A DNA stretch of 52,994 nt, the filler included, from Dimargaris cristalligena (lineage: Eukaryota), in assembly GCA_003614675.1 (NCBI GenBank). It is 2 parts of 2 records of this genome, joined end to end, with 100 filler letters (N's around TTAATTAATTAA, not from the genome) between each part and the next. Parts side by side here need not be neighbours in the genome. Positions count along the whole stretch, not along the records: positions 1 to 26,468 come from ML002540.1; 1 more part is not named here. One strand, written 5' to 3'. This document shows positions 9,962 to 22,703 of the stretch, piece after piece. The number at the start of each line of letters is the position of its first letter. The first letter of the stretch is position 1. The notes under the pieces were generated by a model that was not told where the DNA came from, ran no database searches, and was given only the letters and a program-made list of their open reading frames with translations. Made by a program: the position numbers and the translations under genes.

Positions 9962-12900
9962 ATGACCTCCGACAGCCCACTACCATCCGCCGTACCGCCA
10001 TCGTTTCCCCCCGTTCCTTCCCGGTCCAGCGAAGCATCGCCTACCGCCCGATTCAACCATGCAGCTGAACCGATTTACTATGGCGCCACCGCTGCTAAGC
10101 GACCGTCGGTCACCAATCAATCGGCCTTGGAGATGGTCGTTGCCATGATAACCGCCGTCTGCCGATCCATACCCACCCGCGCCCTCTACCACCATTTGGA
10201 GACCAAGTGGCGCTCACTCCACTTCGTAGTACTGAGCGCCATGGTCGCCTGCATCACCATTCTGCTCTCCAATTACTTCTATACCCGCTTCGCCCTCCCC
10301 TACTTCCAATTCCGGGCCACGGGTTCGCTGGTCGCTGGTCTTTTGGTGATTGTCTTTCTGGTCCTTAACGCGTACATTCTGAACCGCGAAATTAACCTGT
10401 CCCGGTTGGAATGGGTACAGCGGGTGAACGCCTTGGTGTACAAGATTTCGTTTTTACATACCCGTCAACCTGGGCCGTCGACGGCTAGCAAACTAAACCT
10501 CGACGGTGGTCCACCGCCATTTCCCTGCGAGGGTACCGATGTGGAGGCGGCCCTGGGTTATGCTAGAGCGTCCGGGAGTCGGCCCCCAGTCGTACGGTTC
10601 GGCTCCAGCCAATCGCCCACCATGGCCTCTACGGGATCGGGTGGGGGCGTATTCAGTCTACCCGCGGTTCCCCCCACCCAGGTGGGTGAGGTGCATCTCG
10701 GGGACAATACGAACAGCCATGCGCTGGCCAAAACCCCCCTCAACGGGTCCGTATCGGCCTATTCGGTAATTCGGGACCGGGAGCTCCTACTGGTACCCTC
10801 GGCTCTATTATGTGCCGGCGACTTTATTGTCCTTAATATCGGTGAGAGCCTGCCAGGGGATGCCACCTACGTAGGGCCCTGGGTCAATCTCACCAATTTT
10901 ACCGAGTCATACCTGGCGGCACTAGACCTAGACAATGGTAGCCATGGACCGGCGGCGCCCACGGATGATCTACTGTGCCTCAAGGCTGGCCAGGCCTTCA
11001 CCCCAATATTTCTAAGGGCCCGGGCTATTCAGCCACTGGCTTTATATGACACCGAGGGTGAGCGGCCCCTATACTGTTGCCAGCACGTCTTTCAACTTCG
11101 GGCCACTCCCTTCTCGGACGACCTGCGGTCGGCGCTGGCCTACGAGGGCTGCCCCAACTCGGTGTTGGATAACCAAATCATGGCCCTCTGCCATTTCCTT
11201 CTAGGTCGAGTTCTCGGGGTGTGCTTCCTGCTTTCGGTAACCATAAACATCATTCGGTTTGTCCTACTCGATATTGTACACCCCCAGTACCGGCCGGATC
11301 TGGTCCACGAAACCAACCCCGGCGCAGCCCCCCAGCCCTGGCGGACCAATGCCCTCGAGTATATCGGAACTTACCAGATCTACGTGCTACTACCCTTTTG
11401 CGGCCTAGCCCTCCCTCTTTTGATCATTCTCGCGCGCACCTACGCCAACGCCCAGATTCTTATTTTACTCGACGCATTACAGCACTCGAAAACCGACTAC
11501 GAAGACTCGGACGATATTGACGAGTTCGACATGGATGCCCCACCCCCCACTAAAAATATCACGGTGTCCAAAGCGGACGTGTGGATCAAATTTCTCCAAC
11601 TGCTCTCCCGGAGTGATTTCCGGAATTTATCCCGATCTAACCGCCTGGTCGAGTCGCTGGGCAATACGACCGTGATTTGTGCTGTAGACCGAGACGGTAC
11701 CATCACCCGATCCTTCCCCGCCGTTGACCAAATTTTGTTCATTGACCACAATAATACCATGGTTAGCGTCGATGTGATGGAAGACAAAATCTACACCAAC
11801 GGCGTGGCTTTTGAGGAAAGCGGCTGGGAACGGCATCTGGCCTCCCTCAAACCCCTGGGCCTCAATTTCCTGCTAAATTCCAACTGCGGGGCCTCCCTCG
11901 GTCGCTACCGCCTGGATCCCCATAAACGCCAGAACCCCCTCCAAGGATTTTGCAAAATCGATGCGGCTCAACAAACTTGCCTCTGCCGAATCGGACACGA
12001 AATTGGATTCACCACCGAAGCCCTCTCCTCATTCGCTAAACTGGAACAGATCAGTGTGCTGGCCCCCCACCACCCGTCGGTACCAGTACTCACCTCCCTG
12101 CTGGACCCGGCCACCCCGAGCATGGTGTCCACGGTCTACGCCGAACGTACGTCGGGATCGAACCAACTCCTTTCAGACGGTCAGGTCCCCCTGGTGCTAG
12201 ATATGTGTTCGGATTACTGGGATGGGAAACGGGTCCGACCCTTGACCCTGGCCATGAAGCAGGAAATCATCGAACTCTACCAAAACGCCCTCGAAAACGA
12301 TATTCAGACCGTGGCCTTCGCTTACCGACCCATCGGACCGGAAGAATTAGGGCCGACCTGGGCCCCGGTACCGGCGGGCGCTAAGGCGACGCAGAATTCG
12401 GTTTGCCTGGAACTGACGGCGGACGACCACCAGCAGTCTTCGTGGCGCTGGCTTTACCGTAAACCGGCCCAGCCCCATACTTACGGGTCCGAAATATCGG
12501 CGGCTCGCCCGAGTAGCCCGCTATCATCCACCGGCACTAGCCCCGGAATGGAAACCCCCGGATCCCCGGCTGAATTATCCCCGTCGCACTCGGCTAAGGA
12601 GCCCTCCTCCCCGCACTCCCCAGCGAACCTTCCCCCTACTCGGGATTCGCCCAGTCCGCCAATTCTGTTAAATGATACTACTGGTTGCTGTACTGACCGG
12701 GGCGATGGTAGTGGGGTTAGTAGTGGTTGTGGAGCTGGCGGGCCATTCCAACCCACCCTTCATTTAGACCCCGCGGATACACGGCCCCGGGTCGAACGTG
12801 ACCGCCTGCGTGCCTTGGTTCAGGGCCAGATTTTCCTAGGCCTAACTACCCTATGCCCCGTCCCCAAGGTCGATGTGTGTGATGTCATTGAAGATCTCGG

Positions 12901-14895
12901 ACTGGCCGGTATCCGCTTCGTCTATTTCTCCCAGGCCCGCGAACGGGAAAGTAAGGCCTTTGCCGAGCGCCTGGGCCTGGCCACGGACTGGAATTCCTGC
13001 ATTCTCCTGTCCTCCAATCGTACCCCCAGCCGAGACCCTATTACGGCGGTGGTCAGTCCCTTAGTAAATGGGGATGCCATATTCGACGATACCCTTCATC
13101 CCCACGCCCACGCTACCACCACAGCCACAACCACGGCAACTGCTACTGCCGCTGTCCCCGCCGATGTGGATGATCCGACCCAACAACTCCTCCCCTACTA
13201 CCACCTCCCTGCTAACGAAGAATCCCCGGCCTTTCTCTTACCCAACGGTTACCTCGAAGACCACGATATTAAAACCCAATTGCCCCGCGGCATCGAAAAC
13301 ATCCGGCCCCATTTGGCCGACGTCGACGATATCCCGCTCCAGGTATCGTTGTTTGCGGAAGCGAACTGGGAGGCTATGCGCGAGATGTTCAGGATTTACC
13401 AAGAAGAGGGGGAAGTGGTGTGCTGCATCGGGAGTGGACTTAAGGCCTCTAACCCTATGAATTTTGCGACGGTAAGTAGTGAGCTATGTTAGATGTTAAC
13501 AGGCTCGAGGTCATTTTAGGTTTTACTATCAATGTAATGCGCACGCCTGTATTTTTTTGAATTTACTATGGTTTTGATTTGACTAACCGATATTACCGCC
13601 ACTTTTTTTTAAAACTCTCTCTTCCTCTGAAATATTAATATTATGTGATGGACCTCCACCAGGCCGATTTTGCGATTGCCATCGATCCCTATCCTATGGG
13701 ATTCCGGGGGCTGTATCGAGATGCGACCCCCGAATTCTCTTCGCCGCTGGTTTCTTTACAAACCCCGCGGGATGTGGCCACCTCTTTCCACATCGGGGCC
13801 GGCCTTATTAGCTTACCATGCTCGCTGACATTCCAGTACGACACTAGTTTGTACGTCTTAACTCAGATCATTCGGGAGGCCCGGTGGCTGTTGTCGTGTA
13901 TCCGTCAGGTAAGAACCTGCACTTTAATAACAATGGTTATACGATGCTAACGGACTCCGCCTATTTATTTACACTGGTATATACTATTATTTTAATTTAT
14001 ATCGGCTTCACCAGGCATAACCTTTTGTATTGGCAACTGTATTTATCAACACTAATCGATAAGCACTTTTGTATAACTGTACTAACGGACTTTTTGTGTG
14101 GGATTGGCATCACTATTTGGATTATGGCTATCATCTCTACAGGGGGGCTGTTTCCTCATTGGTATCCATGTCGCAGTGGTGCTCTGCCTGCTGCTCTCCT
14201 ACGCAACGCTACTCCCCCCGGTTTTTGAAGGGATCCACATTCTCTGGATCCTTTGTTTCCTGACCCCCCTCTTTGGGCTGCCCTTTTTGTTCGTAGAGCC
14301 CGAACCCGATATTATGACCACCATGTTAGTGAAGAACAATGTCCAATCCCAAAACATCGCCCGATTGTTCAAGTACGCCCTGGTCAGTTTCGCTCTGCCC
14401 AGTATCGTCTGTGTGTTCACGTATCTCATTGCGCTCCAGAGCCTACTGGATATCGGGTACGCCGACCTGTACGCCCGGTTTATCTACGTGAACTGGTCGG
14501 CCTTGACCGACGAGAGCCAGTGGGCGATTCTCTACGCCCAAACGCTGACGAGTTGTATGTTCGTATATTACATGGTCTGCCTGAGCGCCTCGTTCCTACA
14601 CCGCACCCATTTCCTGATCCGGAAAGCGCCCTGGTCCAACCGTTGCTGGCTGTTGATTTGCCCCTTTATCCTGCTGTGCCAATGTGCGTTTGCTGCGGCG
14701 ACCATGGCCTCGGGACCGCCTAATCTAATGGACCGGTTGCCGTGGTACTATTACGCCGTTACCCTGGTTGCCCCCGTCTTCTTCGTACCTTTCCAGGAGC
14801 TGATCAAGTGGCACGATAAGAAACACGTTGTGCTGTTCCAGAAACGCTCCAAATTGGAATTCAACACCAAACTGGGGCTCCATTCCCCAATTTAG
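9962..14895 (+). CDS. TMEM94: TMEM94/ERMA-like membrane protein (divergent P-type ATPase relative), ~1502 aa, 3 exons
   Basis: Exons 9962-13471, 13663-13908, 14143-14895 (GT-AG, phase 0). A-domain-like LCAGDFIVLNIGESLPGD, DRDGT in the DKTGT position, AGIRFVYFS, FAERLGLATDWNSCILL, QLPRGIENIRPHLADVDDIPLQVSLF, GEVVCCIGS and C-terminal KRSKLEFNTKLGLHSPI recall animal TMEM94. Confidence 0.85.
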
Positions 14896-16444
14896 GTATT
14901 ACCGCGTCGGGTGTTCGTCTGTCCCCTCGCCATTAAGAATTGCCATTTTCATACTACGGATAATGTACTGGGGTGAATGGCCGAGGTACCGCCGCCGAGG
15001 CTTGTTGATGGGTGGGGCTTTTTGTTGGGTTATATAGATATTCAGTTTAAACTTGGCCCCAAATGTAAATTACCCATCCTATGGCCATATCTTCGCACGT
15101 CTGCCCCCTGCTACTCTAGTTGGTCGCGGCCTATATCCGCCCTGGTAACCTTATCCGGCTTTGTAAAGTACCCATATTTTCCTATCCAGCCATGATGCCC
15201 TTTACATTTCATCAATTTCTAGAGACCTGATTATTTAGGCGTGGGCTGTTATTACTGCCTGTCGTCCATCTTACCATCCCCCCCTGTATCTAATAAATTA
15301 CTTTATGTTATGTGACCGGGATGCCTTTTTTAACCGGGGTAATTATGTGCGGTATTGTTCCATCATTCCGATATTCACCCATCCTCGTTTTATCTTGAAT
15401 GGCTATTAATAGACTGTGAAGGATCATTGCCACTGAAGGGTAGGTAAGACTTACTGGACTGGGTTTACCTGGTGGTTACTAGATGGTAGTGTAAAGTGAT
15501 CCGGGTCCCGCCTCCTCCTTGTGGGGTGCTTCAGCTTATTATTTCGGGATGTTGGTGTCTTTTTCAGCCGGGTGGATTCAATAGCCGCTTTGTTCTTTCT
15601 ATTCAAGCAGCCCCTTTCACCCGATTATGTTGGGTGATTTTACACCCTCTAAAACTGACCAAGAAGCCAACCACACCAGGCTGCGTTGGTTGGTAAGCTT
15701 CCATATCGCCAGCCCCCTTGAAGAGACGCCCGGTATACGAGGCTGAGACTAGCCTTGGCGGGAGGAGAGGCAGGGCGGGAATCCCCCTGGACAGTGGTAG
15801 TTGTACTAGAGGGGCACAACTGACCGCCCCCTTTGCCTTGATTGCAAACATTTATGCGAATCGGAGACAACCAGGGCTTGCTGGGGTGGAGGGAGTCCTT
15901 TAAGGCCGGGTCTTGGTCTAGCGTGATGGACAAAGCGCCTCGCAAAGACCCGCCGCCGTCTTCTTAGTTTCCCTTGCTTCCTACTTTAGGCTGAAGCACT
16001 AGGTAAAATTATGGTGGGCGGACGAGGGCAGCTGGTGTGTCTATGCATACATGCATTCATTTATTCATTCATTCACTGGCTCCGGGGGGTGCTTCTGGAT
16101 TAATCTGCTATATACAGGGGTATGCTATCTGAAATCTGTCAACATGCATACATCGAGAATGGTTCATAGTGAAGACCAGGCCGCTCGCACAATAATTACT
16201 TCCTTTTTCCCTCTCTCTCTCTCTGCGCGTCATATATAAGGCCGCTTCTCCGGTCGGACTGAGCACATCAACGCACAGCCACATTCTCCTACGTTTACAC
16301 TCCTCCTCATTTTCTGTACTAAAATTCCCTTTCAGTTACGCTTAACGACCCACCTTCCACCACACGGAGCCTGCATCTCCGTACACCACTTCTTACGTAT
16401 CTATTTCGTTTCGTTTTTTACGCTCAATCGATACTAGCTTAAAT

Positions 16445-17977
16445 ATGGTTCGCATGCTTTGGGCATTGGTGGGCAGCTACGTGTGCCTGGCGCACACCAC
16501 CGCTCGTCCCCAACCGCCGCGCTATGGCCTTCAGCCTTCCTACGGAAATTACCAACCCCGCCACTTGGCCCGTCGCAACTACGAAGTGACCGCCCCGCCT
16601 TGCACGAGCACCTCCGTTACCCCGGGCTATCCCCAGGTATCCGCGCCCACCCCGTTGTCGTCGGCGGATAACCAGGTGACGGGACGTGACTACGAGGCGA
16701 CTATTTCGCCCCCGAGTACCCCCGTTGCAGCCACCTCCGTGACCCCTAACTACCCGCAAGTTTCCCCTCCGACCGAGGCCACTACCACGCCGGGCTATGA
16801 GCAAATTCCGCCCCCCAGCAATAGTCAGACCAGCGACTCGCCATTGACCACCACGATTAACACTGGATCGGGCGTAACCACTTCCATCACCCCCAGTTAT
16901 CCGCAAGTGCCGGCACCGTCTGATTCTTCGGCGGTGGATAGTAGTGAAACCGACCAGGGCAATCAGCCGACTTCCCCTTCCACTAACGCCACCATTACCC
17001 CGGGTTATCCGCAAAATTCTCCTCCTGGAAATAGCCAGGGCAGCCCTCTGCCGTCGACTACTCCTAGCGGTTCCCCCACTCCCGGGTACCCAACCATTAC
17101 CGAGACCCAGGCATACACCCACTATACGTCGGCAACGCCGACTGACATTGGCACCAACGTGGCGAGCTGGAACACCTACGCTGCAACCCCAAGCCCTTCT
17201 ACCATGACTGACCTCGAGTCCCTGCCTTACTGTGATGAGCCAACCTCTACCCCTAGTGGCGACGAGTGCGATGACAGTGATGACCAGTGTGATGACGATG
17301 ACTGCGACTGCGAAGCCGACGACGGTACCGGCGGCGATGATGACTGCGAAACCGATGACGGTACCGACGGTGAGGGTGACTGCGAATGCGATGGAACCAA
17401 TACCACCGATTTGGAGTGTGTATCCGGTGTGGCCTCCATGCATACCCACACCCATTCCCAAACCGCTGTACGCCCAACTGCTACCACCATATCGGCCACT
17501 ATACCGTCAAATATTACCCCCGTCAGCCCCGACACTCAGGCACCTTCCGAAACCCCTACTACGGCCAATGCCAGTGCTTCAGCTTCCAGCACCGGGAATC
17601 CCACTGCCACTCCCGGCTACCCGACGCTCCCGCCTCCGGTCGATACTCCTACAACCGCTAACGACAGCAGCTCGGTTCCCGATAACGCCTATCCCACCAC
17701 CACACCCGGGTACCCTATAGTCCAACCTCCGGCCAGCACCCCCACAGCTGCTAATGGCAGCAGCTCGGCTCCCGCTAATACCTACCCCACTACCACGCCT
17801 GGGTACCCTGTAGTCCAGCCCCCGGCCAATACCCCCACCGCGACTGGCAACGGCCCCGTAGCGCCCCCTTCGGCCACCCCCACTGGGACCCCCGTGGCCA
17901 ATACGGATGTAACTCCTACTTCTACTCCCGGCTACGACTACGCTCGTATTCCGATTACCCCGGCCGCAGCTTACTAA
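16445..17977 (+). CDS. Secreted Pro/Thr/Ser-rich repeat protein (TPGYP repeats) with a central Cys/Asp-rich segment
   Basis: 510-aa intronless ORF with an N-terminal hydrophobic signal, dibasic LARR, ~10 TP(G/N/S)Y(P/E/D) repeats and an acidic Cys cluster. TATA-like tatataa at ~16232. Confidence 0.8.
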   Translation: MVRMLWALVGSYVCLAHTTARPQPPRYGLQPSYGNYQPRHLARRNYEVTAPPCTSTSVTPGYPQVSAPTPLSSADNQVTGRDYEATISPPSTPVAATSVTPNYPQVSPPTEATTTPGYEQIPPPSNSQTSDSPLTTTINTGSGVTTSITPSYPQVPAPSDSSAVDSSETDQGNQPTSPSTNATITPGYPQNSPPGNSQGSPLPSTTPSGSPTPGYPTITETQAYTHYTSATPTDIGTNVASWNTYAATPSPSTMTDLESLPYCDEPTSTPSGDECDDSDDQCDDDDCDCEADDGTGGDDDCETDDGTDGEGDCECDGTNTTDLECVSGVASMHTHTHSQTAVRPTATTISATIPSNITPVSPDTQAPSETPTTANASASASSTGNPTATPGYPTLPPPVDTPTTANDSSSVPDNAYPTTTPGYPIVQPPASTPTAANGSSSAPANTYPTTTPGYPVVQPPANTPTATGNGPVAPPSATPTGTPVANTDVTPTSTPGYDYARIPITPAAAY

Positions 17978-18768
17978 TGCCATGTATGCTACTTACTTGG
18001 CATTCTGTGTCCGTAAAACAGGCCCAACTTACCCATTGCTAATGGAAAGTACCAAGATCAGACCCGTAAGCTTCTTATTTTCCACCGACCCACAATAAAT
18101 GGGTAGAAGATCTCGATGCTGTCGAGATAAGTTTAAATAAAGCAAGTCGAATGGACTAGAGTACATTTCCGCAGTATATTTGGTAATGGCGGAAAATTAA
18201 GTTATTCTGGAAACTGGTATTGACGGACCTTAAGCTGAACAATAGGGTGACTGTTAGTGGGTCTCCACTCCTTCGCTGTAAGGCAGTCCAATGGAACGAC
18301 AGTCAATGACCACACTAACCAGAAAGCCAACTACTGATGACAGTCCAAAAGAGACCTTTTTATTTCCAGCGAGCAGCTCTGCAAAGGCTACTTTCGCTTG
18401 CAGGTTATGCCAAGCCAGCAGCCGCAGTTCCCAGCTCATCAAAGTTCGCACTTCTCACGCCCACCTGTGGGCTTTCTTCAGTCAAGAGGGCTACGCCAAA
18501 TCCGCTCTATTGTTTGGCTGCCCACCAGTCCAAGCGTGTTGTGCTGAGCGGGGGAAGGTAAAAGGGATGCCGAGCCTCACCCTTCACCCGGTCAGTTATT
18601 TGTGTCCCTTGCCTTTTGCTTCCTGTTTCCCTGCATTTACCTATCCCCCCAGTTTGCTACTTTATATAGGCCTGTTCTTCTTATTCCCTGCCTCATTCAC
18701 CTCCCCACTATTGCCAAGCCCTTCCTCCCATTTTTCTTTACCACCCCCTCTCACCAACCCACTCCAAC

Positions 18769-20946
18769 ATGGAGAAACCCATCTCCACCGTCACCAACCT
18801 ACTTGTCAAAGACACCAAGGTAAATCACGTTACCGTGTACCAAGACCGTGCCCTGCTCGAACGTAGCGTCCGCATTCCAGTTCCGCCGGTTGAGGACGAG
18901 TCCCAGGCCAACCCGTCCGGGACGTCCCAGCGCCGCCTGGAGGTTCATATCCGAGGCCTACCTACGGTCCTATACGACGACAGCGTGCGAGTGGATACCC
19001 TGAGTGCCGTCACCATTGTCGATGTCTCCACCCGCCTCCAGTCCGCCAACCCAACCAGCGGTAATGATGCCAATGACGACTGTGACGAGACGGGTTCCCC
19101 TCCCGAAGCCGCCAAGGACCCCCAATTGGAACAGGTCTTGGCGCTACGCAAGGAAAAACAGTACGCCGAATCCCGCCGGGATATCATTCAGCAGCGCCTG
19201 GATTTACTGGAGAAATTCGCCCTCCAAGCGACCACCGTTTTACCTTCGTCCGACCCATCGGGTCCCGGCCTACTGACCCTGGATAACGTCAATGCCATGG
19301 GCAAGTTTATGGACTATTACGAAAACTCACGGCTGGAATTGACTCCCCGTCTCCGGGACTGGGAGGATAAACTCCGGGACCTGGAGGCCCGTATCGACCG
19401 CCTGTCCGGCTACCAGGCCAAGAAACGGGGTGTGTCGGACTTTGGTACCGAATCCGCCGAGTACATGAAATACCAAATTGTGGTGGTGGTGGAGTATTCC
19501 ACGGCCTTTGCCGAGCCCGAAATTGCCCTGGCCTTTTCCTACGTGGTGGGCCAGGCGTCCTGGGAGGCCCTCTATGACGTCCGGGCCTTCACCGACTCCC
19601 AGAGCGTCGAAATCGCCTACATGGCCAACGTGTGCCAGAATACCGGCGAAGAGTGGACCGATGTGGCCATGGCCCTGTCCACCGCTCAGCCATCCCGCGG
19701 GTCTAATCCGCCCCAACTTACGGAATGGAGTATTTCATCGGGTCCCCCCGTGGTGTACCGCCCGAATATCAAAATGAAGCGGGGCGGATTCGGATCCAGC
19801 GCGGCCCCGATGGCGTACGCTAGTGCGTCGATGGCCGTGGATGAATCAATCCAAGTGACCAGTGCTATGCCCTTCGCCCGGTCAATGGTAGTGGGAGGGG
19901 CCCCGCCACCACCCCCGCCGGGCGTGTCGACCCAGTCCGGGATGACTAATACTACCTACGCCCTACCCACCCGCGTAACTCTTCCGTCGGACGACCAGAC
20001 CCACCGCGTCAACATCGGCCTGGTGCACGCCGAGGCCCACTTCAAGTACGTGACGGTACCCAAACTCTCATCGGACGTCTTTTTGAACGCCCGCATCAAG
20101 AATACCTCGGATTTTGTCCTTCTGCCGGGCGAGACCAACGTGTTCTGCGATTCCTCATTCGTGGCCAAGTCGAGTCTGCCCCACGTTAGTCCGCAGGAGC
20201 GGTTCGAGTGCTTCTTGGGCACCGACCCTAGCATTCGGGTCACCCGTCGCCCCGCCCACAGCGAACACATCTCGGCCAAATTCTTCGGTAATACTCGCAC
20301 CCTGCGTATGACCCAGACCGTCGAGGTCACCAATACCAAACCCCAGGCCACCATTTGTATCGTGGTCCAGGACCAGATTCCGCTTAGTAACGAGGATAAA
20401 TGTAAGGTCAGTTTGGTGGAACCGAGACCCCAGATTGTCAAGGAAATGCGGCTGGAGAGTGATGATATGGAGGTCAGCCCGGGTAATGGCGCAGGTGGGG
20501 CGACGGCCGCCCCGACAACAGCGACGAATACGCCGGGGGCATCGACCCCCAGTGGTCTGGGCACCAGCCCCCCCGCTGCTGAACCGACGCTGTCGCTAAC
20601 TGATAAGATTCGTAGTTTGGGTTCCTCCGCTGCCCATGTGTCCCCGTCGGCCCGACTCTCCCTCTACGGCAAGACTCCGCTGGGTGCGGAACCCCGGGCC
20701 GTCCCGAACAGTGAGGCCGCTGGCGGTGGGGAAGTATCTACCCCTGGGGGAGTCGGGGGCGTTGGAGGAGGGACCGCCACCCCCACCTTCCCTCTGCATA
20801 TCACGGGGCCCCAAGTCCCGATCTGGAATTCCGAGGTGCGCCAGGGTCTGTTATGGTCCTTGGTTCTTAAGCCCAATGAAAAGCAAACGATTTCGTTCAA
20901 ATTCGAAGTGGTGTACCCGTCCAATGAAATTCTCAGTGGTATTTAG
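18769..20946 (+). CDS. DUF4140/DUF4139 protein (mucoidy inhibitor MuiA / C. elegans F37C4.5-like)
   Basis: N-terminal VNHVTVYQDRALLER and GLPTVLYDDSVRV, a coiled coil, then YVVGQASWEALYDVR, QNTGEEWTDVAMALSTAQP, LLPGETNVF, LGTDPSIRV, VQDQIPLS. Intronless, 725 aa. Confidence 0.85.
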   Translation: MEKPISTVTNLLVKDTKVNHVTVYQDRALLERSVRIPVPPVEDESQANPSGTSQRRLEVHIRGLPTVLYDDSVRVDTLSAVTIVDVSTRLQSANPTSGNDANDDCDETGSPPEAAKDPQLEQVLALRKEKQYAESRRDIIQQRLDLLEKFALQATTVLPSSDPSGPGLLTLDNVNAMGKFMDYYENSRLELTPRLRDWEDKLRDLEARIDRLSGYQAKKRGVSDFGTESAEYMKYQIVVVVEYSTAFAEPEIALAFSYVVGQASWEALYDVRAFTDSQSVEIAYMANVCQNTGEEWTDVAMALSTAQPSRGSNPPQLTEWSISSGPPVVYRPNIKMKRGGFGSSAAPMAYASASMAVDESIQVTSAMPFARSMVVGGAPPPPPPGVSTQSGMTNTTYALPTRVTLPSDDQTHRVNIGLVHAEAHFKYVTVPKLSSDVFLNARIKNTSDFVLLPGETNVFCDSSFVAKSSLPHVSPQERFECFLGTDPSIRVTRRPAHSEHISAKFFGNTRTLRMTQTVEVTNTKPQATICIVVQDQIPLSNEDKCKVSLVEPRPQIVKEMRLESDDMEVSPGNGAGGATAAPTTATNTPGASTPSGLGTSPPAAEPTLSLTDKIRSLGSSAAHVSPSARLSLYGKTPLGAEPRAVPNSEAAGGGEVSTPGGVGGVGGGTATPTFPLHITGPQVPIWNSEVRQGLLWSLVLKPNEKQTISFKFEVVYPSNEILSGI

Positions 20947-22703
20947 AGTCAGCATTGCCTTGGTTGCGCCCCGGTACACTCGCTTTCATTATTGTTTTTA
21001 CTCCCCCATATATACATGTATTCATTCCAATTAATACAAGCAACCTTTGCTTGAGTCTTAGTTACCTACTATTTTACCCACCGACCTTTAAACTAAATAA
21101 ATATTTTATATATAGCAATACTGTTAGCCTACCTGGCTATATTGAGGAGCTTTCCCACTTGGTTATAAATAATGGTATATATGGAGTCTTATTTACTCAA
21201 ATTGGGAGTGGTGGTAAGGTGTTTACAATGAAATGATTGAAAAGAGATGCGAAAACATGGCACGCGGCTTAAGGGGCGTGACTGGGGCGGACATTGTCCC
21301 CGTGGTACAGACATGTTAGTAACTGAGACATGGCCTACATTCTTGCCGGGCTTCGGAACTGCATGCGGACGATAACGGTGATTTTAGCCTCGTGAACGGC
21401 AATTGTTCTCTGCCAATGAATGAAAGGGTCTCGGGAGTTTTCCCTGTAGGGGAGGGGTACAGTAAGCACCCATGGTATTTAGTTAGTTGTCTATGGAAGA
21501 TGAAGGGAGGGCGCTGTTCGCAGGGTGCTCTGATAATTGACCAAGCCACTCACACCCACCTACCATCGCCATTGTTTCTGCCCCGAAAAACAAGAACGCA
21601 TTACTAAAAGCCATTTCATTCATGGTTAACACTAATTAATGGCAGCAGCTTTGGCTTTGGTACCCCGATAATTCGCCAGGCCCCAATTGATTCGACCGCC
21701 ACATTAGGGAACGATGCCCGGTTACGGGGCACCATTTGTTTCTCTATTATTATCGATTCTTGGGGGCATTTTTAATTATTTTACTATTGATATTTACGAT
21801 AAATACGTTATCCAATAAAACAGTACTGGTTTCGGTATTTGTCTTTCATGGGTTTGGTTTATTTATTACACTGTCCAGGCGTTAAGACCCCGTAAAATGA
21901 CACTAATTTCTATAGCAAGGTGTAAAGTACAGTGTGGATATGCCAAAATACCTGCCAAATAGCCGGAACCTGTGTTAAGTGGGAGAGGGTTCTAAACTCA
22001 CCATTTTCCCTTATAACCAAGTATACCCAAAAGCACCTTAAAGTGGGTTGGATCAACCGCCAAATCTACTACTAGTTGATCGGAATCCAGTCACATGTCC
22101 AATTGGATGGTTATTACCTCCTCTATTAGTATCTCTGCGGCTGGCTAACTGGTTGGTTGGTTGGCTAATAAAACTGCGGCTATGTGTATGATTGATTAAT
22201 CGAAAATCGAATCTATAGGGAAAGCGGCTACAGTCTACTAAACCATTGGGGTGGAAAAATGTTATTTTACTACCTCGCCAATCTATAGTGCTAATTGAAC
22301 TGGCCAAGAAGGTTCATAGGGAGAGGGAGAGAGAGAGGGAACAGTAGAGTAGGGCTTATACTATGCAGTGGTAATTGTAGGACTTCCAAGTGCACCTTGT
22401 GAATTCGATTCGGGAAAATAGGCCAAGCCCACTCTCATTCCTACTTCAACCAGACTGTATTCGTTGTTACACCTTTACATTTTATTTTATTTTATATTCA
22501 ATTCGGAATTCGATTTACGCTAGTCGACGAGACACCCTTGGACTGGACAAACATTGCAAAGACGCACATTCCATTCACCCGTTCACCAGCAGTTGTACTT
22601 TCCACATACCGTCCACGAATATTGCCAACGAAACCAGCCGCTACTCGATCCAGTCCCACATATTGAAACTCCTACACACCAGTTACATTGACCAATTGAC
22701 ACA

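Noticed and set aside
16439-17461. 340-aa minus-strand ORF with an apparent hydrophobic stretch
   Set aside because: Antisense shadow of the Pro/Thr/Asp-rich secreted protein; the hydrophobic run mirrors the GAC/GAT codons.
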